Both the position numbers and the translations under genes were made by a program. Below the pieces are notes generated by a model. The model made no database searches and was not told where the DNA came from. It saw nothing but the letters and a program-made list of their open reading frames with translations. A stretch of 54,622 nucleotides of DNA, filler included, from Sluysia triapertura (Eukaryota): assembly GCA_046118255.1 (NCBI GenBank). It is 4 parts of 4 records of this genome, joined end to end, with 100 filler letters (N's around TTAATTAATTAA, not from the genome) between each part and the next. Parts side by side here need not be neighbours in the genome. Positions count along the whole stretch, not along the records: positions 1 to 18,747 come from JBJNIA010120860.1; positions 18,848 to 30,435 come from JBJNIA010174585.1; 2 more parts are not named here. One strand, written 5' to 3'. How positions within the stretch are numbered: position 1 is the first letter of the stretch; each line of letters begins with the position of its first letter. Positions 15,250-27,608 of the stretch are shown piece by piece.

Positions 15250-15900
15250 ACTGGTTTTGAACTGTCTTTCTACAATTAAATCACTCCGAATACCAAGTGA
15301 TTTCAACAAAAAAACAACACAAATCACAACTACTTCAATCAACTTCTTTCAAATCCGTTATAATTATAATTGTTATTTCTCCTTGATCTAAAGTCATTCA
15401 CATTTCTTCCAGGTACATAATTATAACTAATATTAACTCTTAAAAACCACTTTATCTCTTCTAAAATTACTTTCATTATCACTTACAGAAATACATTATA
15501 TCCTTCAGTTTCAAATTTATCAATACCTCTTAATTTCTTAAATATTTCTTTAAATAGTTGATTATCATTCAGATTAACATAAATTCTTAATTAGGAATAA
15601 TCCATTTTTATATTTGTCAAGAGTTATTTCATTTTTAACATCATGGATTATTGCCACAGCTATTAAACTTTTAAATGAATTAATGAATTCATATACTTCA
15701 TTCAGTTTTTGTTTTTTAATATTTAACATTTTAGAATATTTTCCAATGTCTACTCAGTAAAGGCAAATGTCTTCACATTTCACTTATTCTTATGTTGAAT
15801 TGTATTTTAGAGTTCACTCCAGATTAATTTTCATTCTCAAAGAAAATTCAACAGATCCTCTGCTCCATTAAAAATCGCATATCTAGAAGTGTATTTAGCA
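15250..15900 (-). mobile_element. Ty3/Gypsy gag-like relic in the BET intron
   Basis: IFNGAEDLLNFL and KQKLNEVYEFINSFKSL...LDKYKNGL resemble retrotransposon gag (F.G..D...FL; Q...SV.EY...F..L; F..GL). Many stops. Confidence 0.4.
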
Positions 15901-16499
15901 GTTTCTTGAAAATTGTGCCGCACAGTGATATCATTTTGTAAGAGTTACGAGAGAAAAATTAAGACAGAATTACTCTTGTAATTTTTCTTGGTAAAATCAA
16001 ATAAATTATCTAATCACATAACTTATTCATAAAGCTGATAGGCAAATTAAATGTATTATAAACTTATCATACATTCAATAACTTAAACTTATAAATTCAA
16101 AATCAAAATGTAAAACTTATGAAATATTAAACTTAAAATCGCAACAGTGTAAAAATCAAATAATTGTTTAATAATTTAATAATTGTTATATTTTGTAGAA
16201 AATTTGAATATAATTAATTAGTAGTTCATTAATAGTTTAAATTTCATTAAAAGTTTACAAAATATCCAAAGTAACGTTAGAGTATTTTGCTAAAAGATAA
16301 AAGTAATTTTATGAAAATTGATTCTTATTTACGCCAAAAATTTCAGATACAAATTCAAAAACTGGTGACGATTCATAACTTTCGGATAATTAGATTAATT
16401 TAAATTTCATCTAAAAATAACTTTACATTATACTGTTTTGTAAGCACATCAAAGGCGCACACTATTTTAAACTATTAAAAAAGTATTATTCTGAGTTAC

Positions 16500-17034
16500 C
16501 GAAGTCATTATTATTTTTAGAATTATACATACTGGAATCTTTTTCTGTATTTTTCTTCGGACTTTGCTGTTCACGTTTCTTTTGCCGAGTAATTTTTTGT
16601 CCATGACTTTCATTCGAAGAATTGCCCACATGATTTGTCACAACACCATTAGTTGCATTAGTATTAGTTGTGTTATTTGTACCGCTACAACTTCTAGTAA
16701 TACCTTTTGTGGATTCTTTATGCTGAGTTGGTGATATAGGTGATTTATTGCGACTCTTCTTTTTATTAACAGTTGTCGATGTATTTTTATTCGGACTACT
16801 TACTGTAGAACTGTGTAGAGTAGATGAACGGGTTGCTGTAGTAGTCACATTTGTATTGACAGGTGAATGAGGAGCTGATAAATTAGACGATGGTAATTGT
16901 TTAGGAGAATTAAGAGGAGTTCCACAATTATTATTTAATACCGAGACATCCAAATTGAATGGTACTTTTAAAGAATTGCACAATTCTTTTAACAAAGCAT
17001 TTTGTTTCATTAATCGATCAGTGACTTTATTGTG
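16500..17034 (-). CDS. BET gene exon: coiled-coil end plus Ser/Thr/Asn/Lys low-complexity linker
   Basis: atttag| acceptor in phase 0 matches the previous exon. 535 nt open (HNKVTDRLMKQNALL...NNDF), G|gtaact donor in phase 1. Confidence 0.8.
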
Positions 17035-17726
17035 CTAAATCGTATAAGTTGACTTTAATTTTAACAATCATTTTATAATATATAATGTATATGGAGCTTA
17101 ACAGGTAAATTTTTTTTAATTTTTTTATAAAATTCCTTTACAAAAAATGTTATGAAATTGACAGTGTATTACTGCAACTGATAAAATATAATTATCTTTA
17201 CTATATTATTTACATAGTAGTTATGTTATATACTATTATCTTTTCTCAATTTAAACTCGTAAATTTTATTTACCTTAATATTTTTAATTACAACTTTCTA
17301 AATAACAATTTTTATTTTAATATTTTAAAAATTAATTTTTTTATAATTTTACATCTACATGAATTACTTTTACAATTTTAATTTTTTATTCATTTATTAT
17401 TAATTATTCATTATTGTTCCTTTAAGTTTTACACCTTAATACTGATGTCAAAAACGCTACTCCAATCGCATTCACGGCACAAAAAACTGCTTTGAGGCAT
17501 CTGCCCAAAAAGTTACCCAGAAAAATGGATTTCTTGACGTTAATAAATTTTAGATGATTGCGAAGATGAAGGTGACATTGAATAAACTGACAATTTTATT
17601 TTCTTTTAATATGCATGTAGTGGTTAAATGTAAAGTGACAAATACTAACAAACATTTCTATTATATTGTATTTCTATTCAAAGAAATACAACATTTAAAT
17701 GCTAAAATTATATAAAATGTACTAAC

Positions 17727-18116
17727 CATTTCAAATAAACTTTTCTGCTCTTTTTGAGCTTTATAAAGCATCTGCAAAGATTCTTCTTTAGACATTTCGG
17801 TCTTGACTTTGTTATTTACATAAGTCGGAGTAGTAAGCGCTTTAGTTAAATTAAACTGCTTGCAAAACAAATCATCATATATATTATGAAAATCACGTGC
17901 CAATTTAGCGACATCACTATCAGAACCATTATACTGATAACAATTATTGAACACAAGATTGATATCGGAATTGAAATCTTCTTTTGTTTTGTACTTACCT
18001 TCATCAATTTTCTTGCGAATTGAACCTAGATCCATCGGCTTTTTGATTAATTTTGTATAATCGGATAAATTAGGAAAACGAACCGACACTGGTTCCAGGA
18101 AGATATCATTTAAATG
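17727..18116 (-). CDS. BET-family (BRD2/3/4, fs(1)h-like) gene, bromodomain exon (first visible exon; 5' exons not found)
   Basis: tttcag| acceptor, 390-nt open exon HLNDIFLEPVSVRFPNLSDYTKLIKKPMDLGSIRKK...FNNCYQYNG, ends ATG|gttagt donor (phase 0). PMDL and CY.YN bromodomain motifs are present. Confidence 0.9.
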
Positions 18117-18526
18117 CTGAAATTATGTATAAATTTAGTATTTTGATTAAATATTAAATGTTAGATGAAGTTTATCATTAAGTTTTGTTTTACAACACCT
18201 CCATCCTTTTAAGTACCTTGTTTTACACACTTTACATCTTCAATATTTAAGTAATAAGAATTGAGTCTTAAACTTACTTGTGTTATAATGTTTAACTTAC
18301 GTGAAATAAAATAAACTCGAATCGCCGGTTTAATATAGACTTGTAAAATCACTGGCTTACTTATTTACATATTTTTGATACACTTCTCAATTAATGATTA
18401 ATCCATTACGCCAAACTTATCGAAACTTTTTACATATTAATATTTATATCAAACTAAAGATGTCGATAACAAAAAGCACTATGTAAATAATTTAATTTAA
18501 TGTAAATAATTAAAAGATTTAAAAGC

Positions 18527-18710
18527 AAGACAAAAATAATCTAGTTAATTATTAAGTAGACAAAAATAATCTAATTAATTACAAAGTACAAATTATATTT
18601 ACACAATTAATAGATAAATTAGAAAAACAATTTTTTTAGATTTCTACATAATTAATAGATAAATAAAAAATTTTAGAGATTATAATTTTAATTAATAGAC
18701 AAAATTATGT
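18527..18710. repeat. Degenerate tandem repeat (AGACAAAAATAATCTA.TTAATTA x2, AATTAATAGA(T/C)AAA x3)
   Basis: Read directly; lies next to the gap. Confidence 0.6.
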
Positions 18711-18747
18711 AATTTAATCTTTTAAAACTTTGTAATTTTAAGAAAAA

Positions 18748-18847
18748 NNNNNNNNNNNNNNNNNNNNNNNNNNNNNNNNNNNNNNNNNNNNTTAATTAAT
18801 TAANNNNNNNNNNNNNNNNNNNNNNNNNNNNNNNNNNNNNNNNNNNN
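18748..18847. other. Assembly gap with artificial six-frame-stop linker
   Basis: 44 N + TTAATTAATTAA + 44 N. Confidence 0.97.

Positions 18848-18914
<67 letters not shown>
18848..18914. repeat. (TAT)n microsatellite at a contig end
   Basis: Read directly from the sequence. Confidence 0.95.
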
Positions 18915-18917
<3 letters not shown>

Positions 18918-20304
18918 TTTCAATTTTGTTTTATAGTTTCTAAAAATAACTCCCAATAAAATTATTTTATTATAATTTACCACATGTGCTTGTTTTCATT
19001 TCAAAAACCTGGGTACTGGGAAACAAATACGAGTATAATATTGAAATTTTCATGTAATATTTTCTAAAATACTTATCTCTATTTTATTTTATAATAATTA
19101 TTATTATTTTATTTACTGTATTAAAATTAATTCAAAATAAGTAAAGATCAATATTTTAATTATATATAGCATATTTCGTTAATGATTGTTTATATTTTCT
19201 ACTTTTTAAAATTAAATTCGCTATTTGTTTTATTTTTATAAAATTTATTTACGTATTATAAATCAAATTATTTTACCATTTTTCTTGATCATCCAATAAT
19301 ATTTTTCATAAAAACTGCTTATTTCTTATTTTATCAAAACATTTATTAGTCATTGTTAAAATTAATCACCAATACATTTTAAAATTCGGTTATGATAATA
19401 AAGATAAAACAAATTCAATTAGAAATAAATAACTATTAAAAATAAAATAAACTTATTATATATATAGTTTTCAAGAAAAATTTATGAATAATTTTAAATT
19501 GCATGATTATATTTAATATTTAATAATTATACATTATGAAAAATTTAATTTTCAAAAATAATAAAATATATAATTTATCATTTAATTGGAAAATTGAAAA
19601 AGTTAAAATATGTAAATATAACAAACATTCCAGTGATCTTAAATTAAAATTAAAACTAACAATAATTTAAATTATTTTAATCGTACAAGAAAAATGGAAA
19701 GTAAACAAAAGAAATATTTTAACTTGTCACATCTAATTAGTAAGTCAAAAAAATTAGGAAAGAATAAACTATGATTTTACTAAAATAGAAATGAATACTA
19801 ATAAATACAAACTAATAGCAACAAATTCCTGGAAAATGAATGTGTGTGTATGTGAAGTATAAAATGACCAAGTAAATGTTACAATAAAAAAATTAAATAT
19901 GGATGAATAATAAATTTGTAGTTTGGGCACAAATTTGTAATTTAATGATGGAGAAATAAAAATTAAATTGATTGACTAAATTCAACTTTAACGATTATTA
20001 ATCTATAAATTAACAGACAAATAAAGATTCATGCAGTTCATCAATATTTTAAAAGAAAAATTTATCTTTATGTATTTTGTTTAGTATTTTATAATTTAAA
20101 TATTCGCAGATTATTTTAATAAATTTCTTAATCTTAATCCAACCAATAATTAATCAGAATGAGTACTTCAATAATTTGAAATATTTTGTTCATAATTGAT
20201 GCCTTTATATACTATTTTTCCATTGTACATTTATTATTAATAGACGCATTACCATGATTATTTTATTAGAGATGGCATCTACAGTTATTATCCATGCACT
20301 ACTT

Positions 20305-20332
20305 CTACTACTACTACTACTACTACTACTAC

Positions 20333-20375
<43 letters not shown>
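20305..20375. repeat. Compound (CTA)n(TTA)n microsatellite
   Basis: Read directly from the sequence. Confidence 0.95.
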
Positions 20376-20614
20376 TTAATAATATTTTAATAATTTTTTG
20401 ATTTTTATTATTATTTTACAGCACTATCACAATACATTAAAAAACCAATTAACTGTAGATAAAATTGGCCATATAATTAACTGTAACTATAACGATAAAT
20501 TAACGACAGAATAGTTATTGTAGAATAAAACTATAAAATATTAGATGCAATGTAGTAACTGTAATAGAAAATAATATAGTATAAAATATTTATTGGAGAG
20601 AGAAAATATATATA

Positions 20615-21728
20615 TTGGGTTGTTCGGAAAGTAATTTCGTTCTTTTGGTGAAAATGAAACACGATTTTATAAACATTTTAATAAATTATATATTCTCGAT
20701 TTTGGCCCAATACCTTTTGAAATTTTTCGAACAGGATATTGATTGCACGCTCATAAAACTTCTGATCTTTGATGGCATAAAATGGTCCAAGTGATATTTG
20801 ACGTCCTGATGAGAAGTGAAGGTCTTTCCGTCCAAAAAAATTTTGCAGAGATAGCATAAGTAATAGTCCGAAGATACCAAATCTGTAGAATATGATGGCT
20901 GTGGTAGTACATCCCATTCAAGCTGTAAAAGCTTCTGGTGAGTTATCAAACTGGTGTGGATTCTCGCATTATCGTGGTGGAACACTATGCTTTAACTATT
21001 GATCATTTCTGGCCTTTTCTGTTTGAGTGAGTCATTCAATTAATCGTGGCATTGTCAGGTAGAAGCTCAAAAAGCGATCCCCTTGAAATCCTACTAAACC
21101 TTTTTTGGTGAATATCGCCTTCGAAGTGGTTTGATCTTGTTCATCTTTTTTTACTCCAAGATCTCTTGCTTAACATTTCTGTAAACAACTCATTTTTCGA
21201 CGCCAGTAATGATTTGCTTCAAAAATGGATCATTTTCTTGATGTTTGAGAAACAAGTCACAGTCGTTAATGCGACGGAGCAAATTTCGTTCTATAAGAAC
21301 ACGTGGAACCCAAAACGTTCCACGTGATCATGAACAGTCGAATTCGACAAATTTAACCTCTCAGCAATCTCACGAATTGTTATTCGGTGGTTTGCATCGA
21401 TCACTGCCTTTATTTTGTCTTCATCGGCTTTAACAGACCTTCCAGAACGTGGTGCATCTTCAACATAAAAATTGCCAGAGCGAAATTGTGAAAAGGAATT
21501 TTTTCGGTCATTACATCTTCTCCATACATATCATATAATTTTCGTCTTGCTTGAACTGCATTGTTACCTTTTCGATAGTAAGAGTGAAATATGCCAAAAA
21601 TGCTGCTTTTAACAAACAAGTTTTACTATATCAGCTGTCAAAATATATAATGATTACGTGGCTTAAATGTGAAAAAAACAATTAGGTCTTCTGTTGGGAA
21701 AAACGAAATTACTTTCCGAACAACCGAA
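20615..21728 (-). mobile_element. mariner transposon, mellifera-subfamily-like, internally deleted and frameshifted
   Basis: ~28-bp TIRs (TTGGGTTGTTCGGAAAGTAATTTCGTT / AACGAAATTACTTTCCGAACAACCGAA), each flanked by TA. Transposase pieces [55 protein letters not shown] and [10 protein letters not shown]. Confidence 0.95.
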
Positions 21729-22009
21729 TAGATCCATTAAATTAGAAAATATTTACGGAAAATTTCTATAAAATTTAAAATTGAATGGATCAAATTTAAC
21801 ACATAGAAGACGATATTTGATGAAAAGCATATAGTATGAATTCCTGCACTTTCTGTTTAAATTATATAAATTAAAAGTGATAATTTCGAAAACACAGTGT
21901 AGCATGTATTAAGTATAATACATTATTAAAATTAACTAGCACATAAATTCACGTCATCTGTTCTCAATGTGACGTTATATATTGTTTAAATATAAATTAT
22001 TATTATTAT

Positions 22010-22505
22010 CCTTTTCGCCGACGCTGGGACCAATTGGTCCCACTCGTATTTCTGCAAGTTTCTCAGGCTTAATCAGGATATGTTACATATTGTTTTAGAG
22101 GATTAAATAAGGACAATATTTTGCATAATTGCTTCTGCTTTTAAAGTGTGTGCACTAAGATATTTTCAATAATATACCACCATTTTGTGAGAAAAATATT
22201 TGAATCAAATAAAATAAGTGAAAATATTATCAAGTCTAAAGTTATTATTACTTTTTTTAGAAGATGGCAGATTGATTTAGAATATTCCACTCTCTATTAC
22301 ACTTTGATAGAGAGTACTAAATTTACCAATTTTCACATTTTATGCTATTTTATTGAAAATTTATGAAAAATTATACATTTTTTATTAATTTTGAAATTAA
22401 CACTAACGCAAGTGGCGCCAGCTTTTTAATTACTTTTCTCATATATATTTCATGTAATCAAATAAATTTATGTTCGCAAAAATGCACTAACCGGCGGTTA
22501 AAGGG
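22010..22505. mobile_element. Non-autonomous piggyBac-type element (MITE)
   Basis: Left end TTAT|CCTTTTCGCCG and right end CGGCGGTTAAAGGG|TTAA give imperfect CCCTTT..CGCCG TIRs with a TTAA-type target site (left copy mutated). No coding capacity. Confidence 0.6.
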
Positions 22506-25479
22506 TTAATTACAAATTGGAAGATCCAAATATAATTTTATCTAATCTTGTAAGTAATGGGATTTATAGTAGTGATGTAGTCAATTATACTATTAAAATT
22601 ACTGAAATCAATCGATAAAGGACTGAACTTTTAGATTTTGTTTTCTGTAAGGGTTGTGTGGTGGCCCGACTATATACAATACTTTTGGTACCACCTACGC
22701 GCATAAAGCTATATATAATTATCCTGTATACCTACATCTAATTAATTTCACATGAAAACCTATAATAAAATTGTAAATAAATCTATAGTTAATTTTATTA
22801 ATATAAAGACTGCCTTTTTCCAGCATTGTTTACATCCTCTTTATTAGGACTATTCTGAAAAGCATTTTAAAACTCATTTTTGTTTGTGTTAGGTAAATCC
22901 ATTTTCTCTAGATCTGAATATCGATTATCATAGAAAATTAGTTAAAAACGTGATATTGAAGAAGTTGTGGATAATTTTAAATGGATGATATTCTTGTTTT
23001 TATTGGAAGCAAACGTAATTCCTTAAGATAATTAGTTTTACTGCTTGATTAATTATTAGTTGTAATTTTTTTGCGCTACCTCGGTTAACTAACTTTTATC
23101 AAACCGAAAAAATATTTTTTATTGGATTTAGAAAATGGGAATGAGATGGCAAGTCTCGAAATCATGTCATCTTGTAATCCTGGATAATGTAAATTCTGGC
23201 TTTGTATTGAATTTCTACACTAAGTCAATATTTTATTTTTAATTATATTGTTTAATTGATTGCAAGGTTTACATTTTTCGAGCAAAAATTACGTAACAGA
23301 TCAAAAACCCTATATATTATATTTCTCAAAATGATTTTGACTCAGATAGTATTTTCTTTTTCAATTTTACTTATTTATAAGTTATCGGTGTAATTTTTCA
23401 GGTGTGACGGGATACCAATTTAAAATATTTTATTTTTAGTTTTCGGAATCGATTAGCATTCAAATTTTATATTGTAATACATATAAAAATATTGTAAAAT
23501 AATCGTTTAAATACTTTTTATTATTATTTTATTATTATTATTATTATTATCATGATATACTTTTCAGTTAAAGAATGTAATTAAATTGAAATGGGATATT
23601 ATGAAAAACGTTTTCGACATTGTCGTAGCTTATATCAATTTGAAGAATAGACACCACTTACCATTGTTTGTGTCGTCTTTGTGTGGAGTCTGTAGCAGCC
23701 TAATATCTATTCGTCATGTTTTAATGTATGCTAATTGACAAAATAATATCAAAATCTTTTTCATTGTCTTTCTCTGCATTTAATTTCATCTTATAGTTTT
23801 TATTTCGTTTGTATGACTTGTAGTCAAAGAAAAAATTATATTGAAAGAATAATAATTGTGTACAATGAATCAAAATTTTATTACAATGAGGAAAATTTTT
23901 TGGTATTTCTGTACTTATCTTTAATTTATTTGCATACATTTACAGCACCAGAATATTTCTTAAGTAGAAATTAATTAAGACGAAAAATCTATTAATTTTC
24001 AAGCTAATTATGCAGAGTTTTACAATAAAGAAAACCATTGTTTAGGTCGCATAATGGTACTGTAAGAGACAGATGAAAAAGTGTTTTGATTAGAGTGCTT
24101 TTTTTCACAATTAATACCGAATACTTAATGGGCTGTATAGTAAGAAGATGAAAGATGACGATTATGAGGACAATTTTAACATGAAGAATTACAATTTTTG
24201 TATTGAATCTGTACTAAAAACTAAAAGCAAAGGAAAAGTAAGCATATTGTATATTTTAACGTATTAAGTTTTATTTTATGAATTTAAAAGGCCAATCAGA
24301 ATTAAAAGTATAAAACTTACAAATCCTTATAATTAGCTATGTTGGGGTCAAACCTTACGATTCATTAATTTTGCTCGTAAACTATGAACTATTCTAAGTT
24401 TGTTGAAGCATCAACCTAATGATAATAATTATGAAACAAATTTTAAATTTTCTAAAAACCTCAAGTACATGTGTAAGGCATTAATTTCATTTATGACCAT
24501 TAATGTTGAAGTCGTGATGTTAATATTTATAGCGGTAATATGTACCTTACCTTAGGTATGCCAAATTCTCAAAATAAATTTTTATTATTTTGTTATTTAT
24601 TTTGTACTTTTGTATTATTAAAACATATTGTTTTAATGTTTTATTTTGATAATTAATCGTTTACAAACATTTTGAATTTATATGGCATAATTCAATTTTG
24701 AATTATTACCTTTGTTAATTTTTATGTATATTACTGCAGTTAGCTTTTGAATTAACGCCAAAGCTTCAGCGTTCATTAGATGATTACCTAATTTGGCTGT
24801 ACTAGGTGTAATGATAACGAAATCAAATACAAGTTATCATAATCAATTTTTATTTGAACAATGGTACTATTGAATTTATTTTAATTCAACGTAAAAATTA
24901 AAACCAAAGAAAATCCTATTATGTTTAATGTATATAAAACAATGAGACAATTAAATTAAACAATTATAATTATAAGTTGTTGCCAAATTCAGCAAACAAT
25001 AGTTAAAATAAAGGGAGGCTTACGAAAAAAACTATACTAAAATTATTAACTAAATTTATGTTAAATTAAGTGGAGTATACCCAAAATTTATTTAAATAAT
25101 ATAATTTATAAAATTAAAACGATAATTCTAATTTATATATTAAAATCCTCGAAAGTTCAATTAACATGTACAATTTATCACCAATTTTCTTATAAATAAT
25201 AACAAAATTTATTCAACACAAAAACTATTTATTATTATTTTTAAATTAAAAAAAACAACTCAGCACTATATTAAGTCAAATATATAACATGAGCAAAGAT
25301 CAAAATCAAATATAGTAATGAATAAATCGACTAGAGATGATTATATTTAATTAACAATATTAATTAAAACATAAGTATCCACAAAAATGAGAATCAATAG
25401 CAATTGTATTTATGTTTTGTCAAATGACTTTATTTTAACTGAATACCCAAAAACAAACTGTAAAAATAATATAGCCAGG

Positions 25480-26620
25480 GAGCCCCCAAAAATATTTAAA
25501 TTTATCAATAAAAACAAAAAGGAATTTTAATTATTTAAAATTATTAAATAAACAGAAATGATACTATCATCTTGGATTTTCTTTTTTCTCGTAAACGTTG
25601 TCTCGAGTACTGTAGTGTGAGAAATTTTCTATGTATTCGTTTTTATATCTCTTTACTGTCCAGTCACTCTCAAACTCACAATCAGGAATTATCTTTACAC
25701 AAATCATCAAAACCTCTTTTAAAGATTAAACCGACTAAAACGACTTTGACATTTACATGGTAAGACCTGTCAAACAAAACAAAATAATTAGATTAACAAT
25801 CAACTCTCCTTTTTTCTTCCTTTCTACTCGATCTATTTTTCATGAATCACTTACATCAAAATAACAATTATTATTATTGACATACCCAAAAATAATGAAT
25901 TTAACTTTAGTTTTTAATTAATTATCAATTCCTCACACTCAATTTCTTAATGGAAAATATTTAAGGTTCTCATTCCAAAACAAACAATTTCACAAACATT
26001 TCGACCCAACCCATCATCTCTTCATCATTCTAAATTAAAAATTAATTAAAATTCGACTTGGCTCAATATAGATGCTTTCCTACATGAACTTATCTCCAAA
26101 CCTTGTCTTCATCGAAAGGTCTCTTTAAAATACATACATGTACAATTAAAGTTTTAACATAACATTCCTCATTCAAAAGTTATTCACGCAAACGTAATTT
26201 TCCTTAATTAAGATTTTAATTAATTAATTATTTATTTTAACTTATTTTATAAAGTTGTTAAATACTTTATAAGGTACTCAGGAGGCTCTAAATGTTTTCA
26301 CCTTCACAACTCTGATTCGTTTTCCTACTTTTTTAGTTTAATCATTAACCATAATTTTAATCTTTGAAAATTTCAAAGGTTCCAAACTTTTTACAAGGTT
26401 ATTCGAAGGTCTCAACAGCTTATTAAGATCTCAAGAGTCTTAAAAGTTTCCAACAGATCAACAAGGTCTCAAATGATTCCAAGGTTCTGAAGTTTAAAGG
26501 TATCTTTTTTACTTTAAGACATCTTTCCAAACCTTACTTAAGTCTTCAGAATGGTCTCAATACTCTACAAAATGTCTTTGGAACTCCAAGGTATTCTTCG
26601 ATTTCAAAATGATTATAAAC
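25480..26620 (-). mobile_element. Possible LTR plus tRNA-Pro primer-binding site
   Basis: TGGGGGCTC on the minus strand (25480-25488) equals the start of the canonical tRNA-Pro PBS. The adjacent segment is strand-skewed with degenerate AAGGTCTCAA-like repeats. LTR boundaries not defined. Confidence 0.3.
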
Positions 26621-26689
26621 ATTTTACTGTTCATTATTCTTGCTCTAGAAATATTTAATTATGTTTATATTATCATATTTCAGATATTT

Positions 26690-27221
26690 TATACCATTTT
26701 TTGATGTATTTTGAACTCTATGCACTAACTAGACAATCCCAACACTAAGTAAAACAATACAAACGAATCATAGATATTTTCTACTTGGATTCTTCAGTTC
26801 GTATGCCTCATTCGCATTATTGGAAAGAATTAATAATAGTCATTATGTGAATCGATTACAGTTTGTTTCTAAAATTATTATTACATTGTTTTTCTATTCG
26901 ATTTTGCTCAAACTTATAAATATTATATTATTATTATATTATAAATAATATTATATTAATAATTATTATTTTAATAATTATTATAATTAAGTCGATTTAA
27001 TGTAGCCTACTTCAGAAAATTATCGCACGTGGAACAATTAGGCCTGTGTAAGTACACCAGAATGAACTTGTACTCGTGTCTTGCTTGAGCAAGAGCTTCC
27101 TCGAAAGAACCCAAGAATAAGGCCACGTTGCCGCTAGAATCGTCCGGTACTAAATAAGCTGTACTGAGCCGCTCCATAAGCTGAACCTCGTGAACTTCTC
27201 TTATTTCTTTGGACAGTGTTT
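26690..27221 (-). pseudogene. FAF2/UBXD8 (or FAF1)-like UAS-domain gene fragment: one intact exon (27011-27221) and a disabled downstream exon (from 26868)
   Basis: The exon reads ...NVALFLGSFEEALAQARHEYKFILVYLHRPNCSTCDNFL, matching the UAS motif F.G.Y..AL..A....RFLLVYLH, with AG/GT boundaries. The next exon stops after NKL and needs frameshifts. Confidence 0.7.
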
Positions 27222-27608
27222 CTAAAATAATTTAGAGTTGCGATTGGAAAATGAAAATAATTTAATTTACTTTAAATTACTAGTACTGAAATTTCGTATA
27301 TTATTTATTAATTTATTATTCGAATAAAAAAGCTGAACCAATGAGAATTGATTCTTATTTTATATTTAATTGAATTAATGGAATTAATAAAAAATAAAAT
27401 AAAATAAATAATAAAATAAAAAATAAAAATAATTAAAATTATTTAAAATTTTCAATCATTTATTACTGTTTCTATAAACAATTTTAATAGATTATCAGGT
27501 ATTATTTTTTAAAATTATTCAATTCTAAACTATTTTTGATAATTTTCTTTATTCCACATCTATGAATGAATAGTTGTATTCAGTTAGACATGCGCACACA
27601 GTTAAATA

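Noticed and set aside
18792-18803. TTAATTAATTAA repeated three times as a biological motif
   Set aside because: Always centred between two runs of exactly 44 N, so it is an assembly linker with stops in six frames.
18792-18983. ORF with poly-Asn
   Set aside because: Translation of the (TAT)n microsatellite and gap.
18980-19010. cag|VFEMKTSTC as an upstream BET exon
   Set aside because: VFEM resembles a BD2 end but lies upstream of the domain, across a gap, and its phase-1 donor is incompatible with the phase-0 acceptor at 18116.
21245-21433. Plus-strand ORF (also 27747-27986, 36404-36610, 53292-53558)
   Set aside because: Antisense shadows of the mariner, pogo, Maverick and 53347 coding regions.
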